A stretch of DNA of 58,988 nt. Origin: Octopus bimaculoides (lineage: Eukaryota). The notes beneath the pieces were generated by a model. That model saw only the letters and a program-made list of their open reading frames with translations, did not search any database and was not told where the DNA came from. Positions 26,521 through 40,747 of this stretch are shown piece by piece. The position numbers and the translations under genes are program-made. Each line of letters begins with the position of its first letter. The stretch's first letter is position 1. The stretch spans positions 80,069,005 to 80,127,992 of the forward strand of contig NC_068984.1 in NCBI RefSeq assembly GCF_001194135.2, read 5' to 3'.

Positions 26521-27470
26521 TGCACACACACAAACATATCCACACATACTATGATGGCTCTGCTGATGCATCTGCCTGTGTTTCCAACTACACTACGTTG
26601 CATAAGACTTCGGTTGCTTGCTCTATGGCTTGATGCATTTCCTATTGGTGAATGCTAATAACACTCATCTTATGTATATAAATAACCTTAATTAAAACTT
26701 TGTGCATTGTCAGAGACGTTGAAGCAGCAGACAAAATACCAAGCAGAATTTCTCTCAGCTCTTTATGTTCTGAGTTCAAATCCTGTTGAGGTCACTTTTG
26801 CTTTCCATTATTTTCTAGCTCAATAAAATTAAGAACTGCTCAAGTAGCAGAAGCCGATGGTATCATTTAACCCCGTCCCCTCAAAATTATTGACTGCATG
26901 TCTAAATTAGAAATAATTGAGCTGTTGAGAGAATCTTTACACGGCTGCTTAATCTGCTAGAAATAACAACTAAATCCCCTCCAAACCACATACTACTGCC
27001 TTGCAAAAAGGGTAGCATACATCAGATAATGCATATTTAGATATCATTGCTAAAAAGAGAGGATGCCCTGGCCATAATGCTTTTGACCATAAGTTTGCTT
27101 GATCTAGTTTGATCTTGGATCAAACTACAACATGTCTTACTATAGACATTCTAGATTTAGTATTAGTACAATTTTCATTTTATTTATTAATCTAAATAAG
27201 AGGAACCACTGACATAATCTTTCCTAACCCTTCTAAACTAAGAAAGATAATTGAATGAAGATGCTATTGTTGTTGCTCTTGTTGTTGCTACTACTACTGC
27301 TACTCCTGTTTCTGCTGTTGTTGTTGTTGTTGTTTAGCCATCTCAGATCAACTCTGCTCCAACAACCTATGACCAAGTCCCAAGGCTTGGGTTATAGTTG
27401 AATGCACTTACCCAAGGTGATATACGGTGGAACTGACCTGAAACCACTACTCAACCATTCAGCCATACTT

Positions 27471-27512
<42 letters not shown>

Positions 27513-27983
27513 TACTGTTCTATTAAGGTAAGATCAACAAAAAGAAGTACTTCATCCAGTGAGAGATAGATATCATTTAATGTTACACTGTATTAAAATA
27601 AGAGCCACTAATGGTTTCTTGCCATTAAGACATATGGTTAGGCAGGTTTTTATAACGAGCCTTGTGCCTCCAGTGGAAGCATGTGGTTTAGTGGTTAGGG
27701 TGTTGGACTAATGATCGTAAGATTGTGGTTTTGATTCCTGGACTGGGCAATGTGTTGTGTTCTTGAGCAAAACACTTAATTTCATGAAACTCCAGTCCAC
27801 TCAGCTGACAAAAATGAGTAATCCTAAGATGGACCAGTGTCCTGTCCAGGTGGGGAATTTATATGCCATGAAACCAGGAAACTGGCCCTTATGAGTCTAT
27901 ATGACTCGAGAAGGTAACTTTACCTTTTTACCTTGTGCCTCCAACAAATAAACACACACACACATAGGGGCGCATCATATTCC

Positions 27984-28066
27984 AGGCTTTGATGAAGCTA
28001 TAAGGTGTTACTCAGGCACTCAACTATGAGTCCACTGCCTCTTATAGCAGAAACATTTGTAAGTTT
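27984..28066 (+). ncRNA. Degenerate type I hammerhead (C3U)
   Basis: AGGCU-UUGAUGA-A-GCUAUAAG...CUUAUAGC-A-GAAAC-AUUU-GUA-AGUUU. Confidence 0.55.
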
Positions 28067-28315
28067 ATGAAGTTCATAAGATAATTGTTTATTCCTTTGT
28101 CATCTCATTTTCTTATTACCACTCTTTACTCAACTAATGCTTCATTCTGAAGCATATATGTATTGAGTTCTACATCTGGTTATTAGTCTCACAATGCATA
28201 AGTAAAATACACATATATGTCTACTTGTCAAAGTTGCTGTGGGTTTGAATCTGAAACCATGTGGTTGTAAAGCAAACTTCCCAACCACACAGCCATGCTT
28301 GCACCCTTATATATG

Positions 28316-28528
28316 CAGGGTGGCCCAAAAGTAGGTTTACAGTTATCACATAGCCACTTTGAATTTCTTTTAAAACATTTTATTACATTTAAATTTCTAT
28401 CTTAAATTAACTAAATTAGTATAGAATAACGGTTTCATATTTTTTTTTATAATTAAGATCTAAACTGTTAATATATGAATGCGAAAGAGACAGTTGAATA
28501 ACTGTAAACCTACTTTTGGGCCAACCTG
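28316..28528. mobile_element. Tc1/mariner-type MITE
   Basis: TIR cagggtggcccaaaagtaggtttacagt ... actgtaaacctacttttgggccaacctg; TA on the right, TG on the left. Confidence 0.85.
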
Positions 28529-28845
28529 TATATAAAATATCAAATATTATTATTAAGTTTGAAAATGGAGAGATTTAATGGATATGAACTAATTTATTAA
28601 TTAATTATCATCATTGCTTACAATTGTTTCATTTTACACCCAATTTAAATTACAGAACATATATAAATATATGTTTGCATTTCAAAATACCTTGGGGGGG
28701 AAAAAATCTTCAGGGCATGAAAAAGGACAATACAGAGATTACATTTTGATTGGTTGAAAAACTCCAATAGACTAAGAATGCATAAGTGTGTTTATTATGT
28801 GTGTATATGTGTGTGCATGCATGCATTAAGATTATCATTTTTAAT

Positions 28846-28901
<56 letters not shown>

Positions 28902-30044
28902 CATGAATAGTGAGTTACATTATATAAGAGTAAAAATACATAATGAATGGAATAAAATAAGAGTGAAATAAAATTTATGCTCATATTTTTATATACATGT
29001 GTGCGTATGTGTATATGTATATATATATGCGCAACAAGTATGGATGTCAATTGTTTATGCACAAATATGTGTGTGTGTGCATATATGTTTCCTTCCTATG
29101 TTACTTATTAGCATATATAAATTAAAGAATATAGGAGTAAAAATAAAAAATGAAAAATAAAAATAAAAATTTTAAATAAATAATAAAATAAAATAAATAA
29201 AACAAATTGAATAAAAGTGAAATAAATTTATGTTCAAGTGTGCATATGTGTGTGCATATGTGTATATGTATATATACATATTAAACAAGTATGGACGTCT
29301 TTGTTTATGTGTTATCATGTGTGTGTGTGTGTGTATGTTTCCTTCCTAAGTTATTTTATTAGTTCATAATTATGTATGTGTCCATTGTCCATGTTGGTAT
29401 GGGCTGGACAGTTTAACCAGGACTGGTAAGCTGGAAGGCTGCACCAGACTCCAGTCTTATATAACATGGTTTACTACGGTTGGATGCCCTTCCTAACTCC
29501 AACCACTCCAAGAGTGTAATGGGTGTTTTTACATGCCACTGGCATGGGTGCCATTTGCATTACACCAGTATCTGTTACGACTGCAATTTTACTCAGCTTG
29601 ATGGGTCATGATGTTCTGGTGTTCTGATGAGCTAGCTTTCTTTACCTGCACTGATTTGTGAATATACTCTTGTATTGTATAATTCTTTCTACTGAAGGCA
29701 CAAGGCCTTGAAATTTTGTGAGAGGGGACTAGTTGATTACATCGACCCAATGTTTCACTGGTACTTAATTTATCGACCCCGAATGGATGGAAAGCAAAGT
29801 TAACCTCGGCGGAATTTGAACTCAGAACAGAGCAACAGGTGAAATATCGCTAAGCATTTCGACCTGTGTGCTTGTATTGTATAATGTAGAGCATGCATGT
29901 TAGCACAGACATGTAAACATAATTTTTTATACACTGAAATTATTATTACATGAAGAGCAGTGAAATGGCTCTAATCTTGAGGATGACAAGTGGTAAAATA
30001 TATATAATCACTTGTCATACCACCTGATTTCATATGGTTTATAT

Positions 30045-30219
30045 CAGTGCTCTGCAACTGGTATGCTGTGATACACTGGTTTGCCATGAGATGATGCTAG
30101 GTGTGCCACAGTGTAACCTGAAAATAATTTTTTTCCCTATACTTTTAGTTATAGATATGCTACCAAATTTTGAAAAGAATATAAGTATATTGCAAGTGAA
30201 AAAAAGTCTTGGAGCACTG
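30045..30219. mobile_element. hAT MITE with 8-bp target site duplication
   Basis: TIR cagtgctc...gagcactg; identical GTTTATAT at 30037-30044 and 30220-30227. Confidence 0.9.
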
Positions 30220-30419
30220 GTTTATATAATCCTCATGAAACAATTTCATCAACTGGATCTCCTGACTGGATCAGCTTCATGGACACTCTGCATTATACAC
30301 TTTTGTATTGGATTGCTATGTGATCTGTTAGCTGAGACCATTGGAAGAGCTTTCTGTGATAACCACATGATTCTATGAATCTACATATATTACACTACAA
30401 ATAGATACACACACATACA

Positions 30420-30463
<44 letters not shown>

Positions 30464-31629
30464 CATGTGTGTATATATATATATCTAGATGTACATTGGT
30501 ATACTTTCTATATGCATATATGTATATGCATATATATGTATGTATGTATGTATTATGTCCATGAGGTTGTGAAGAAACGTGAACTAAAAATATCAATAAA
30601 TCGTCTTTTTTCTTTTGTACTCTGTGAAACAGGAAACTTTTCCTTCTTTTTTTTTTTTGGTCTTTTATTGCTATTTTTATTNNNNNNNNNNAGATGTACA
30701 TTGGTATACTTTCTATATGCATATATGTATATGCATATATATGTATGTATGTATGTATTATGTCCATGAGGTTGTGAAGAAACGTGAACTAAAAATATCA
30801 ATAAATCGTCTTTTTTCTTTTGTACTCTGTGAAACAGGAAACTTTTCCTTCTTTTTTTTTTTTGGTCTTTTATTGCTATTTTTATTGAAGTGTTGCAGAA
30901 TATGATGGGTAAGAGAAGGGGGATTGCAATTTTTTTTTTTTGTTTTTTTGTTATTTTACATATCAATAAATTTTTATTTATTTATTTGATTGTCAATCTA
31001 ATTTTCTTCTCACCATAGAAACCATAATGACACTAATAACAACAACATGAATCTCTTCATGGACTATAGAATGACTATATTGAAATTGCACCCGCAGAAA
31101 TCTGTTTCCAACACAGAACTTGCTGCAATATGCTTTGATGTATTTAGGTAATATTCAGCGAACAAAGCACTACTTAACTGGTCATTATATGCTGAAATAT
31201 AGAAACATGAAATATATCAACTAGACAATATTCATACATCAATAGTAAATATATAGCAACTAGACAATGCTTGTAAGATCAATAGTGAGTTTCATGTTTT
31301 GTTTGTACATTTAGTCACAGTTAGTTGGGGTAGTACACAGCCCAAGGCATTTTTTAAGTTGTAACTACAAATGCAAGATTTAGAAAACTGTGTAAGGTAT
31401 GTGTATGGTTAAGAACCAGTAATTGAGACTGAAACATTGAGAAATAACTCAAGATACATTGTTTTGGGGTGTTTTTGTTTTTCTTTTTTTTTTGTACCTT
31501 TAGTAAGTGGCAGATTTGTTACTTGCTAATTGTGGTTTGAGATTTTAGAGATAGATGAAGGCAAAGTGTGCATGTCGTTGTGGATAATGTTCTAATGTGT
31601 GTGTGTGTGTGTGTGTATGAGCATATAGA

Positions 31630-32100
31630 TAGACACTGGCGTGATTGTGTGGTTAAGAAGTCAATATCTTAACCATGTAGTTATGGGTTCATTCTCACTA
31701 CATGGTGCTTGAAGTGAATGTCTTCTGCTATAGTTTCGGACCAAACAAAACCTTGCGAATGAATTTGGTAGATGGAAACTAAAAGACGTCCATAGTGCAT
31801 ATAAGACTCTGTGTGTGGGTGTGTGTGTGTGTGTGTGTGTGTTTTAGGTGTTTGTCAGTGTATTTGTGTTTCTGTGTCTCAACATGGTATAATAGTTGTA
31901 ATCAAGCATCAGATCATACCAATGGTGTTTCTTGTTTCCAGTCTTCTATGAAAACATGTCTGGTCATGGGAAAATATTACCTGGTTTGAAAATAGGTGGG
32001 GTTGACAACAGGAAGAGCATCCAATCCAGTTGTAGAAAATCTGCTTCTACAACTGACCCATGCAAGCATGGAAAAGTGTATGTTAAAATGATGATGATAC
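31630..32100 (+). mobile_element. SINE with family A head and RTE-type (GAT)n tail
   Basis: ggcgtgattgtgtggttaagaag head, internal (GT)n, tail gcaagcatggaaaagtgtatgttaaaatgatgatg. Confidence 0.75.
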
Positions 32101-32169
32101 ATACATTTATATGTAAGTGCTACCTCTATTGTGTGAAACTAAAGTAGTGTGTATAATTCTTTTATTCTT

Positions 32170-32530
32170 TTATTCTTTTACTTGTTTCAGTCATTTGACT
32201 ACGGCCATGCTAGAACACGGCCTTAAAGGATTTTAGTCAAACAAATTGACCCCAGGTCTTATTTTTTTAAATACTTGTACTTATTCTATCAGTCTCTTTT
32301 ACTGAACTGCTAAGTTATTGTGATGGGGGGACAAACACAAAGACACACACACACACACATATATACACAACAAGCTTCTTTCAGTTTCCATCTACTAAAT
32401 CCACTCACAAGGCTTTGGTTGGCCTGTGGCTCTAGTTGAAGATACTTGCCTAGGGTGCCATGCAGTGAGACTTAACCCAGAACCATGTGGTTGGGAAGCA
32501 AGCTTCTTACCACACAGCCATGCCTGTGCC
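32170..32530 (-). mobile_element. SINE family A
   Basis: cttttacttgtttcagtcatttgact...cttaccacacagccatgcc. Confidence 0.8.
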
Positions 32531-32934
32531 TACCTGTGTATTTTATATAACGTCTATCACATTTTTTAGGCAAATTATTATCTGACCAACAACAGAAAAT
32601 AAAAAGTTTTATTAGCAAATTGGTACTGAATTCTAGACAAAATAAAAAACTATTGTGATGAATATTGTATCATTTGGTCTTCTGTTTGTTACAACAGACT
32701 GCACCTGAGTGACATTTTGAATTCCATGAAACATTTTACTTAGTCAAAGTCATTCCTCAGTTTGACACTTATACATGAACTTGACAAATTAATGTTCAAT
32801 TCCTATGGTTTATTGTATGGTAGCTAAATTGCATTGGATTTTTGTTTATTCATCAAGATGTCATCCAATGCCAACAGAGGTTTCTTGCACATAGAGCCTG
32901 CAGTCTGACATGAAATTGTTTTGATACTTGGTAT

Positions 32935-33247
32935 GGCTTAGTGGTTCAGGTAATCAGCTCACAATTGAAAGGTTATGAGTTCAATTCCTGGCGATGCATT
33001 GTGTCCTTGAGCAAGACATCATATTTCAGATTGCTCCAGTCCACTCAGCTAGTAAAAATGATTTGTAGCTTTAATTCAAAGGGCCGGCTTTGTCACATTC
33101 TTTGTCACACTGAATCTCCCTGAGAACTATGTTAAGTGTATGTGTGTCTGTGGAATGCTCAACCACTTGCACATTAGTTTCACAAGCAGGCTGTTCTGCT
33201 GATCAGATAAACTGGAACCCTTGTTATTGTAACTGATAGAGTGCCAA
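32935..33247 (+). mobile_element. tRNA-headed SINE family E
   Basis: ggcttagtggttcagg head; gggccggctttgtcac...actggaacccttg body homologous to 40361-40747. Confidence 0.8.
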
Positions 33248-34581
33248 TCTTGATCTCCAACCTAACTCATATTTACTTTGAGAAGATCTCTTATAAGGAC
33301 TTGGATCTCCATATTAATTTGGAGATTAAGATTATATGTTGCTATTAATTATTTTTTAATACTCCCACTGACTATTTGCGATGCTAATGCCTGAATAGAC
33401 ACTGAGATTCTATATATCGTTGATGGGACATTCAGCTGTTATTTTGTTGCTGGACATCTGTCACTGAGGATCATAGCAGGGGGAAATCATGTGATCTAGC
33501 AGTTCTGGTGGCTGTAGCAAACGATTCAGTCAACGATATAATTACATGTACTTATATTCCTCAAGAGTCCTTATTAGAGATCCTCTCAAAATAAATAATA
33601 CAGTATTCTGCAGTGAAGGTGCATAGCTCAGTGGTTAGAGTGTTAGGTTCACAACCATGAAGTAGTGAGTTCAATTTTTGGACCTTTACTCTGTATTCTG
33701 ACACAACCTCCGCATTAAGTTAGAACTCAAAATTATCTTTTTAGTATTAATACTACTTCTTCTGCTGCTGTCAATTAGCAACTGTTAAAACAGTTTCAAA
33801 CCATGTTAAAACAATGTTAGGACTGCAGCCATGTTGGGGCACCGTCTTAAAGGGCTTTAGTCAAACAATCCTAGTACTTATTTTTAGGTCTGGTACTTAG
33901 TTTATCAGCCAAGTTAAGCAGTGGGGTGGGGAAGTGTGACAAATACACACTCAAAGACACACATACACACACACAAAGACACACAGACACACACACACAT
34001 ATATGACACTAAGTCTAATTCAATATCACTTGTACTTAAGTTGTTGTTGTTTTTGCCCCCAAGTTAGCCTCGACTGAGTAGATCTATGATTAAAAGTACC
34101 CCAAACTTGAACATCCTGTCTTTTATTCAGGCACAGTGTATATAAGACTACATTATTTAATGCCCCTATTTCTAGCAGGTCAAATAGTCACACAGATATC
34201 CTCTTGGGTTAGAGAGATTGAAGTACACAATTAAGACATAACGGGTTATTTACGTATATTTTGTTAATGTTTGGTGCTGAAAGTTTTGATGTATTGAAAG
34301 ATTCTGTGAATGCAGTTCTAAACATTTTGAAATCAGAATCCTTTCATGGTTTTATAAAAATTGGGTGACTTACATCTAATAAGTCACCATGTAATTTTGG
34401 GATTTTGGTCCAGTGGCACTTGATTCCATTCATTCATCTGTGGTTTGATCCACTACTGTATGAAAGCCTGAGCACTGCCAGTGTATCTATGCTGGTCTAG
34501 GCCTACATGATCACGTTGACCAAGTGTTGTGTCAGAGACTCAATCAAGGACACAACATGCTGCTTGGCCCAAGAATCAAAG

Positions 34582-34620
<39 letters not shown>

Positions 34621-34729
34621 TGAGTGAGTGATCATGAGCACAACACTTTTAACAACTAGGCCATGTGCCTTCATAAATGTGCAACATCAAGGCACCTAGT
34701 TATCCACCAACACTTTAACCACATGAAGT

Positions 34730-35065
34730 TGCATGGCTTAGTGGTTAGAGCCTTGGACTCACAATCATGAGGTAATGAGTTTGATTCACAGACCGAGCTG
34801 TGTTCTGGAGCAAGACACTTTATTTCACATAGATCCAGTTTATTCAGCTGTAGAAATGAGTTACGATGTCACTGGTGGCAAGCTGTATCAGCTTTTGCTT
34901 TTCCCTTGGACAATATAGGTGGTGTGGAAAAGTGAGGCCAGTATGCAAAGGTGGGGAATTGCTGGCCTTTCACAAAAACAACTTTGCTTGGACTTGTGCC
35001 TAAGAGGGGAACATTCTAGGTGCACTCCCAGGATCATTTGTGATCGAAGAGTTTCTTTACTTTAC
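34730..35065 (+). mobile_element. tRNA-headed SINE with a different tail (ends ctttactttact)
   Basis: gcatggcttagtggttagagc A-box-like head and gagcaagacactttatttcac body. Confidence 0.65.
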
Positions 35066-35681
35066 TAGTTATCCACGGATTGGAGTATGATCCAAATGTA
35101 TACATCACCAATCAAGAAGGATTTGCAAACTTTATAAGTGCAGCACTTTCCTCCTCCACCTCATCATCATCATCAGCAGCAGCTGCAGCAGCTGCACCAT
35201 CATTATTATCATCCATTATCAACTGTCATCTTCTACGTCATCAGCATCATCATCAACATCTTGGTGTTGTAACATTAAAACAAGTGCAAGATGACAGAAA
35301 GGAATAGGCAAAGTATCTTGGCACATAGGTTCCTACTGAAGTCGAAAGCGTCATATCACACTATCTTTAGATCAGAACCCTACTCAAAGTGCTCACATCA
35401 GAACAAACTCTGTGAAAAAGCACCCAAGGGCCAGGTGTGCATGGAGATGGTGGTGGTGGTGTTAAAGTGGAGGGTAGATTAGGTCTATCACCTTTGGTTT
35501 TGTATTTTCTCTCTTTGTTGCATTAAGATAGAATTTAAATGACTTCAATTTCATTGATGAATAGAGTTTTATTGCATCATTCTTCCTATTTATGTGTAAA
35601 AGAACTAAAATAAAATGAACATTCGTATTTACTTTCTATGAATTTCCACTTTGAATCACTGTTTCCATTTAGTTTCTATGG

Positions 35682-36239
35682 NNNNNNNNNNNNNNNNNNN
35701 NNNNNNNNNNNNNNNNNNNNNNNNNNNNNNNNNNNNNNNNNNNNNNNNNNNNNNNNNNNNNNNNNNNNNNNNNNNNNNNNNNNNNNNNNNNNNNNNNNNN
35801 NNNNNNNNNNNNNNNNNNNNNNNNNNNNNNNNNNNNNNNNNNNNNNNNNNNNNNNNNNNNNNNNNNNNNNNNNNNNNNNNNNNNNNNNNNNNNNNNNNNN
35901 NNNNNNNNNNNNNNNNNNNNNNNNNNNNNNNNNNNNNNNNNNNNNNNNNNNNNNNNNNNNNNNNNNNNNNNNNNNNNNNNNNNNNNNNNNNNNNNNNNNN
36001 NNNNNNNNNNNNNNNNNNNNNNNNNNNNNNNNNNNNNNNNNNNNNNNNNNNNNNNNNNNNNNNNNNNNNNNNNNNNNNNNNNNNNNNNNNNNNNNNNNNN
36101 NNNNNNNNNNNNNNNNNNNNNNNNNNNNNNNNNNNNNNNNNNNNNNNNNNNNNNNNNNNNNNNNNNNNNNNNNNNNNNNNNNNNNNNNNNNNNNNNNNNN
36201 NNNNNNNNNNNNNNNNNNNNNNNNNNNNNNNNNNNNNNN
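35682..36239. other. Assembly gap (largest). Other N runs at 557-566, 12742-12751, 15661-15744, 30682-30691, 36688-36956, 42314-42405, 45432-45598, 47675-47684 and near 55188-55196
   Basis: N runs in the sequence. Confidence 0.95.
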
Positions 36240-36276
<37 letters not shown>

Positions 36277-36956
36277 GTATATATATATATATGTATATAT
36301 GTATATATATATATAGGTTTGTGTATTCATTTGTTTCTTGGTGTATCTATATCCATCAATAAATATATTTATTTTTCTATTTATGTAATTACCAATGTGT
36401 GTATATATATATGTGTGTGTGTGTGCACATGCATGTGCATGTATGTCTGTGTGCATGTGTATTTGTGTGCGTGTGTATTAGTGTGTGTTTGTGTATCAGT
36501 GCATGTGTATGCAAATACATTTGGATTATAAATCTGGTGCAGCACTGCTAAACCAAACCTTCTGACTTAATCTTCTATGAATATATTTATTTTGTAAAAA
36601 TATATCCAGTTTGCATCAAGCAGCATGGGGCATGAGGAATTTACAAATATCTGTCTCCATCTCTCTCTCTCTCTCTCCCTCCTTATANNNNNNNNNNNNN
36701 NNNNNNNNNNNNNNNNNNNNNNNNNNNNNNNNNNNNNNNNNNNNNNNNNNNNNNNNNNNNNNNNNNNNNNNNNNNNNNNNNNNNNNNNNNNNNNNNNNNN
36801 NNNNNNNNNNNNNNNNNNNNNNNNNNNNNNNNNNNNNNNNNNNNNNNNNNNNNNNNNNNNNNNNNNNNNNNNNNNNNNNNNNNNNNNNNNNNNNNNNNNN
36901 NNNNNNNNNNNNNNNNNNNNNNNNNNNNNNNNNNNNNNNNNNNNNNNNNNNNNNNN

Positions 36957-37004
<48 letters not shown>

Positions 37005-37160
37005 ATATGTATATATATATATATAAATGTATGTGTATATATATGTATGTATAGATATATATGCAGGTGTGCATATTTATATATATATATATAATTCAAA
37101 TGTACTGAAAACAAAGACAGTTATATGCATATATATATACGTATACATACACAGATACAT

Positions 37161-37230
<70 letters not shown>

Positions 37231-39046
37231 TTACATATACATGTGTGTGTGTATATACATATGCATACACACCCACACTCACAGGCACATGCTCCCCCAG
37301 ACCCATCCACCAACATACGAAATTAGTTATTTTTATCATTCCTCATTATCTTTGTCTTCTTTGTCACTGTAATCATCACAACTGCGTTTTTAACCAACAA
37401 TTTAAAATTCTCATGCTGTTCTTGTTGTTTTTGTTGTTGTTGGTAGTGGTGGTAGTGGTGGTGGTGGTGGTGCCAATGTGTTCTTGAACACCATTATCTC
37501 TATGTTACCGTGTTGGAGATAGTCTAATGATTAGTCTATCTCCATCAGTTAATATTTCTCAAAGTTAATATTACTTCAGTTTACATAACTAAAAGAGAAA
37601 AAGCATACAAAATCACTTAAACATATCAATATGAACTTAACCATAGCTGTGTAGTTAGGAATTTCACTTTGGATTAATCACTTAGTTCCTGTTTCAACCC
37701 CACTGCATGGCACACCTTGTACTATAGTTTCAGATTAACCAACCCTCCTCAGTATCAGCATTTAATGTTCATTTTCCTTGCTGGCATGGGTTGGATGAAT
37801 GAACAGGAGCTAGCAAACCTGAGGACTACACCAAGCTTCCGTGTCTGCTTTGGCATGTATGTGTAATACCCTGCTGTTATTCTCTCTAATTCTCATCATC
37901 ATCAGCAGCAGCATCATCATTTAATGTCTGCTTTCCTTGCTGACATGGGTTGGACGGTTTGACAGGAGCTAGTAAGGCCAGAGGTTGCACAAGGCTCCAT
38001 TTTCTGTTCTGGCACTGTTTCTGCAGTTGGATGCCCTTCCTAATGCCAACCACTTTACAGAGTATACTGGGTGCACCAGTGCTTTTAACGTAGCACCAGC
38101 ACAAATGTATTCTCTGTATGTGTATATTTCTGTGTGCATGTGTGTGTATGTGTGTATTTCTCTATGTATGTGTGCATGTGTGGGAGTATTTCTCTGTGTG
38201 TGTGCATGTGTGTGTGTGTCTAGTGCCAAAACCAGTTGAATGTCCAGTCAGTCATGCCAATCCTCAGTGTCAAAACAGCCATGTCCAGTTATCTCTTTCC
38301 ATGTGTGATGCTGGTGAAAACGTAAACACAGATTGAGGGACACAAGTTTATACCAATGTAAAAATTGATAAACAGATATTGTTTAAACAAGGGCCAGACT
38401 GAATTGAAATAGCTACTAGGTTTGATTTGATCAATTAAATCCTTGAAGGCATCACCCCAGCATGGCCACAGTCCAGTCACCGAAACATGAAAAGGAATAA
38501 ACTATTAAGTGAGATATAAATAACTAGGATGTCAGATATGATAGTAAAAACAGAGTAAAAATTGGATCCCTAGAGCTGTTAAAGAAGAACACAGAAGGAG
38601 AACATTATCCAATGTGTTCTTTCAATTTTTAAGATGAGAGAGTTTGATTGAGAGACGTTTGGTTAATATTTCTAGCAGATTGAATGACAAAGAAGTTGTT
38701 GCTGAGCCAAAAGTCATCACTGATTGAGCAGTGATACTTCTCAAAACACGTGAAGTTTGTGGTTCTAATACTTTTGATCATAGAGGTCTGCAAGATCAAA
38801 GCTAAACTAGGACTGAACAACAACAATAACAGTAAGAACAATAATAACAACAGCAACAATACAATCATTATTATATGTGCTCTACGCAGTAACCACTGTA
38901 TACTATAAAATGCATGAATCATCACCCGATAAGATAACACTACACATAATCTATAAGCAATGCTCAATACTATAACACAACTCACGTGCCAACAACAATG
39001 ACTCACATGTCTTTTATTCTATGCAGTCGCCCAATAATATTACACA

Positions 39047-39088
<42 letters not shown>

Positions 39089-40360
39089 CACAGAGCATCT
39101 ACTCTACACAGTCACCATCTGATAGTATAACACCTATCACATTGTACCTAGACACTCCATGCCAAACTTGCACTGATCCTCTGAAGACACGGTTCCAGGT
39201 TGAGACCCCCTCTCATCATACCTTGAGAAACTGTCTCCTACTATAACCTCAGGCTGATCAAAGCCTTGTGAGCAGATTTGGAAGACAGAAATTGAAAGAA
39301 GCCCAAAATATGTGTGTGTGTGTGTGTGTGTGTGTGTCTTTGTGTTTGTCCTCTGACATTGCTTGACAACCAGTATTGGTGTGTTTACATTCCTGTAAAC
39401 TTAGGAATTCGGCAAAAGAGACCAACAGAATAAGAACCAAACTTATAAAAATAAGTACTGGTCTCGATCCATTTGACTAAAATTCTTCAAAGTGGTGCTC
39501 CAATGACTGACACAAGTAAAAGGTAAACGATATCCTCTAATGGAGTCATACCAAGCTTCTCTCTTTCAAAATCGGAAAATACACTCACTGCTCATATCAA
39601 AACATCCTCACAGCTCTTGGGTACATTATCTAAACCAGGCCTTGTTATTACTGTGAATTTCTTATTATGAGGGTTCACCCTTAACATAGAACCACATCTC
39701 AAAGATTGGTCTTTTTCTTCAGCGTCACATAATTGTTTAACCCAAATACTAAATCATCCTCTACAAAGTTCATGTGAGACTCAGATTGGAGTATTGCTCC
39801 CACATCTTGGACGGTGTTGCTACACATCTGTAGACATCTTTAACTGCACCCAGAGAATGGTCATTCAGTTGTATGGCATCCAATCATTTACAAATATATC
39901 CCAGCCTCTGAACCACAAACATGCTGTTTCCTCTCCCTACTGTTTTCTACTGCTTCTATAATTGCCTCTGTTCCTTGGCTCTCATAGTTTCAGACCGCTT
40001 CCAGCTCATTCATCCCTCCTCCTCCTATCCTTCTTCATGTGTCTTACCCTCGTATTCTGTACTAATCACTGCACCTAATTACTCCTCACAATGACATTAG
40101 CCTTCTGAAGTTCTTTTTCTGCTCATGCCTTTTTCCTACAGCTGTTGACTTGCAACAATTTAAGTGGACTATTAGCACCACCAACCTTGTACCAGTCTTG
40201 GAGAGCTGGCTTTGGCCAATGAGCATTAACCCTTCCTTCAAGCCTAGCAACCATCATCATTTAACGTTTTCTATTCTGGCATGGCTTGGACAGTTTGACA
40301 TGAAAATGGCCAACTGGGAACTATCCAGACTCCAATTGTCTATTGTATCATGATTTCTAT

Positions 40361-40747
40361 GTGGAGGCGCAATGGCCTAGTGGTTAGGGCAGCAGACTCG
40401 TGGTCATAGGATTGCGGTTTCGATTCCCAGACTGGGCGTTGAGTGTTTATTGAGCAAAAACACCTAAAGCTCCACGAGGCTCCGGCAGGGGATGGTGGCA
40501 AACCCTGCTGTACTCTTCCACCACAGCTTTCTCTCATTCTTACTTCCTGTTTCTGTTGTACCTGTATTTCAAAGGGCCAGCCTTGTCACACTGTGTCACG
40601 CTGAATATCTCCGAGAACTACGTTAAGGGTACACGTGTTTGTGGAATGCTCAGCCACTTGCGCGTTAATTTCACGAGCAGGCTGTTCCATTGATCAGATC
40701 AACTGGAACCCTCGACGTCGTAAGCGACGGAGTGCCAACAACAACAA
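40361..40747 (+). mobile_element. Full-length tRNA-headed SINE family E with (CAA)n tail, nested in a family C SINE
   Basis: ggaggcgcaatggcctagtggttagg A box, ggtttcgattcc B box; TSD catgatttc(t/c)at at 40349-40360 and 40748-40759; host element resumes with agctggatgcc. Confidence 0.9.

Noticed and set aside
28940-29365. Diverged direct duplication of about 170 bp
   Set aside because: Low-complexity sequence with no structure or element hallmarks; ordinary local duplication.
39130-39790. Possible degraded LINE reverse-transcriptase fragments on the minus strand
   Set aside because: Only a vague VIVGDSFS..G.Q.GTV resemblance; cannot be supported without a profile search.
40361-40440. tRNA-like A and B boxes (also near 27665, 32935, 33620 and 34730)
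   Set aside because: They continue into SINE bodies and do not form a complete cloverleaf; not tRNA genes.
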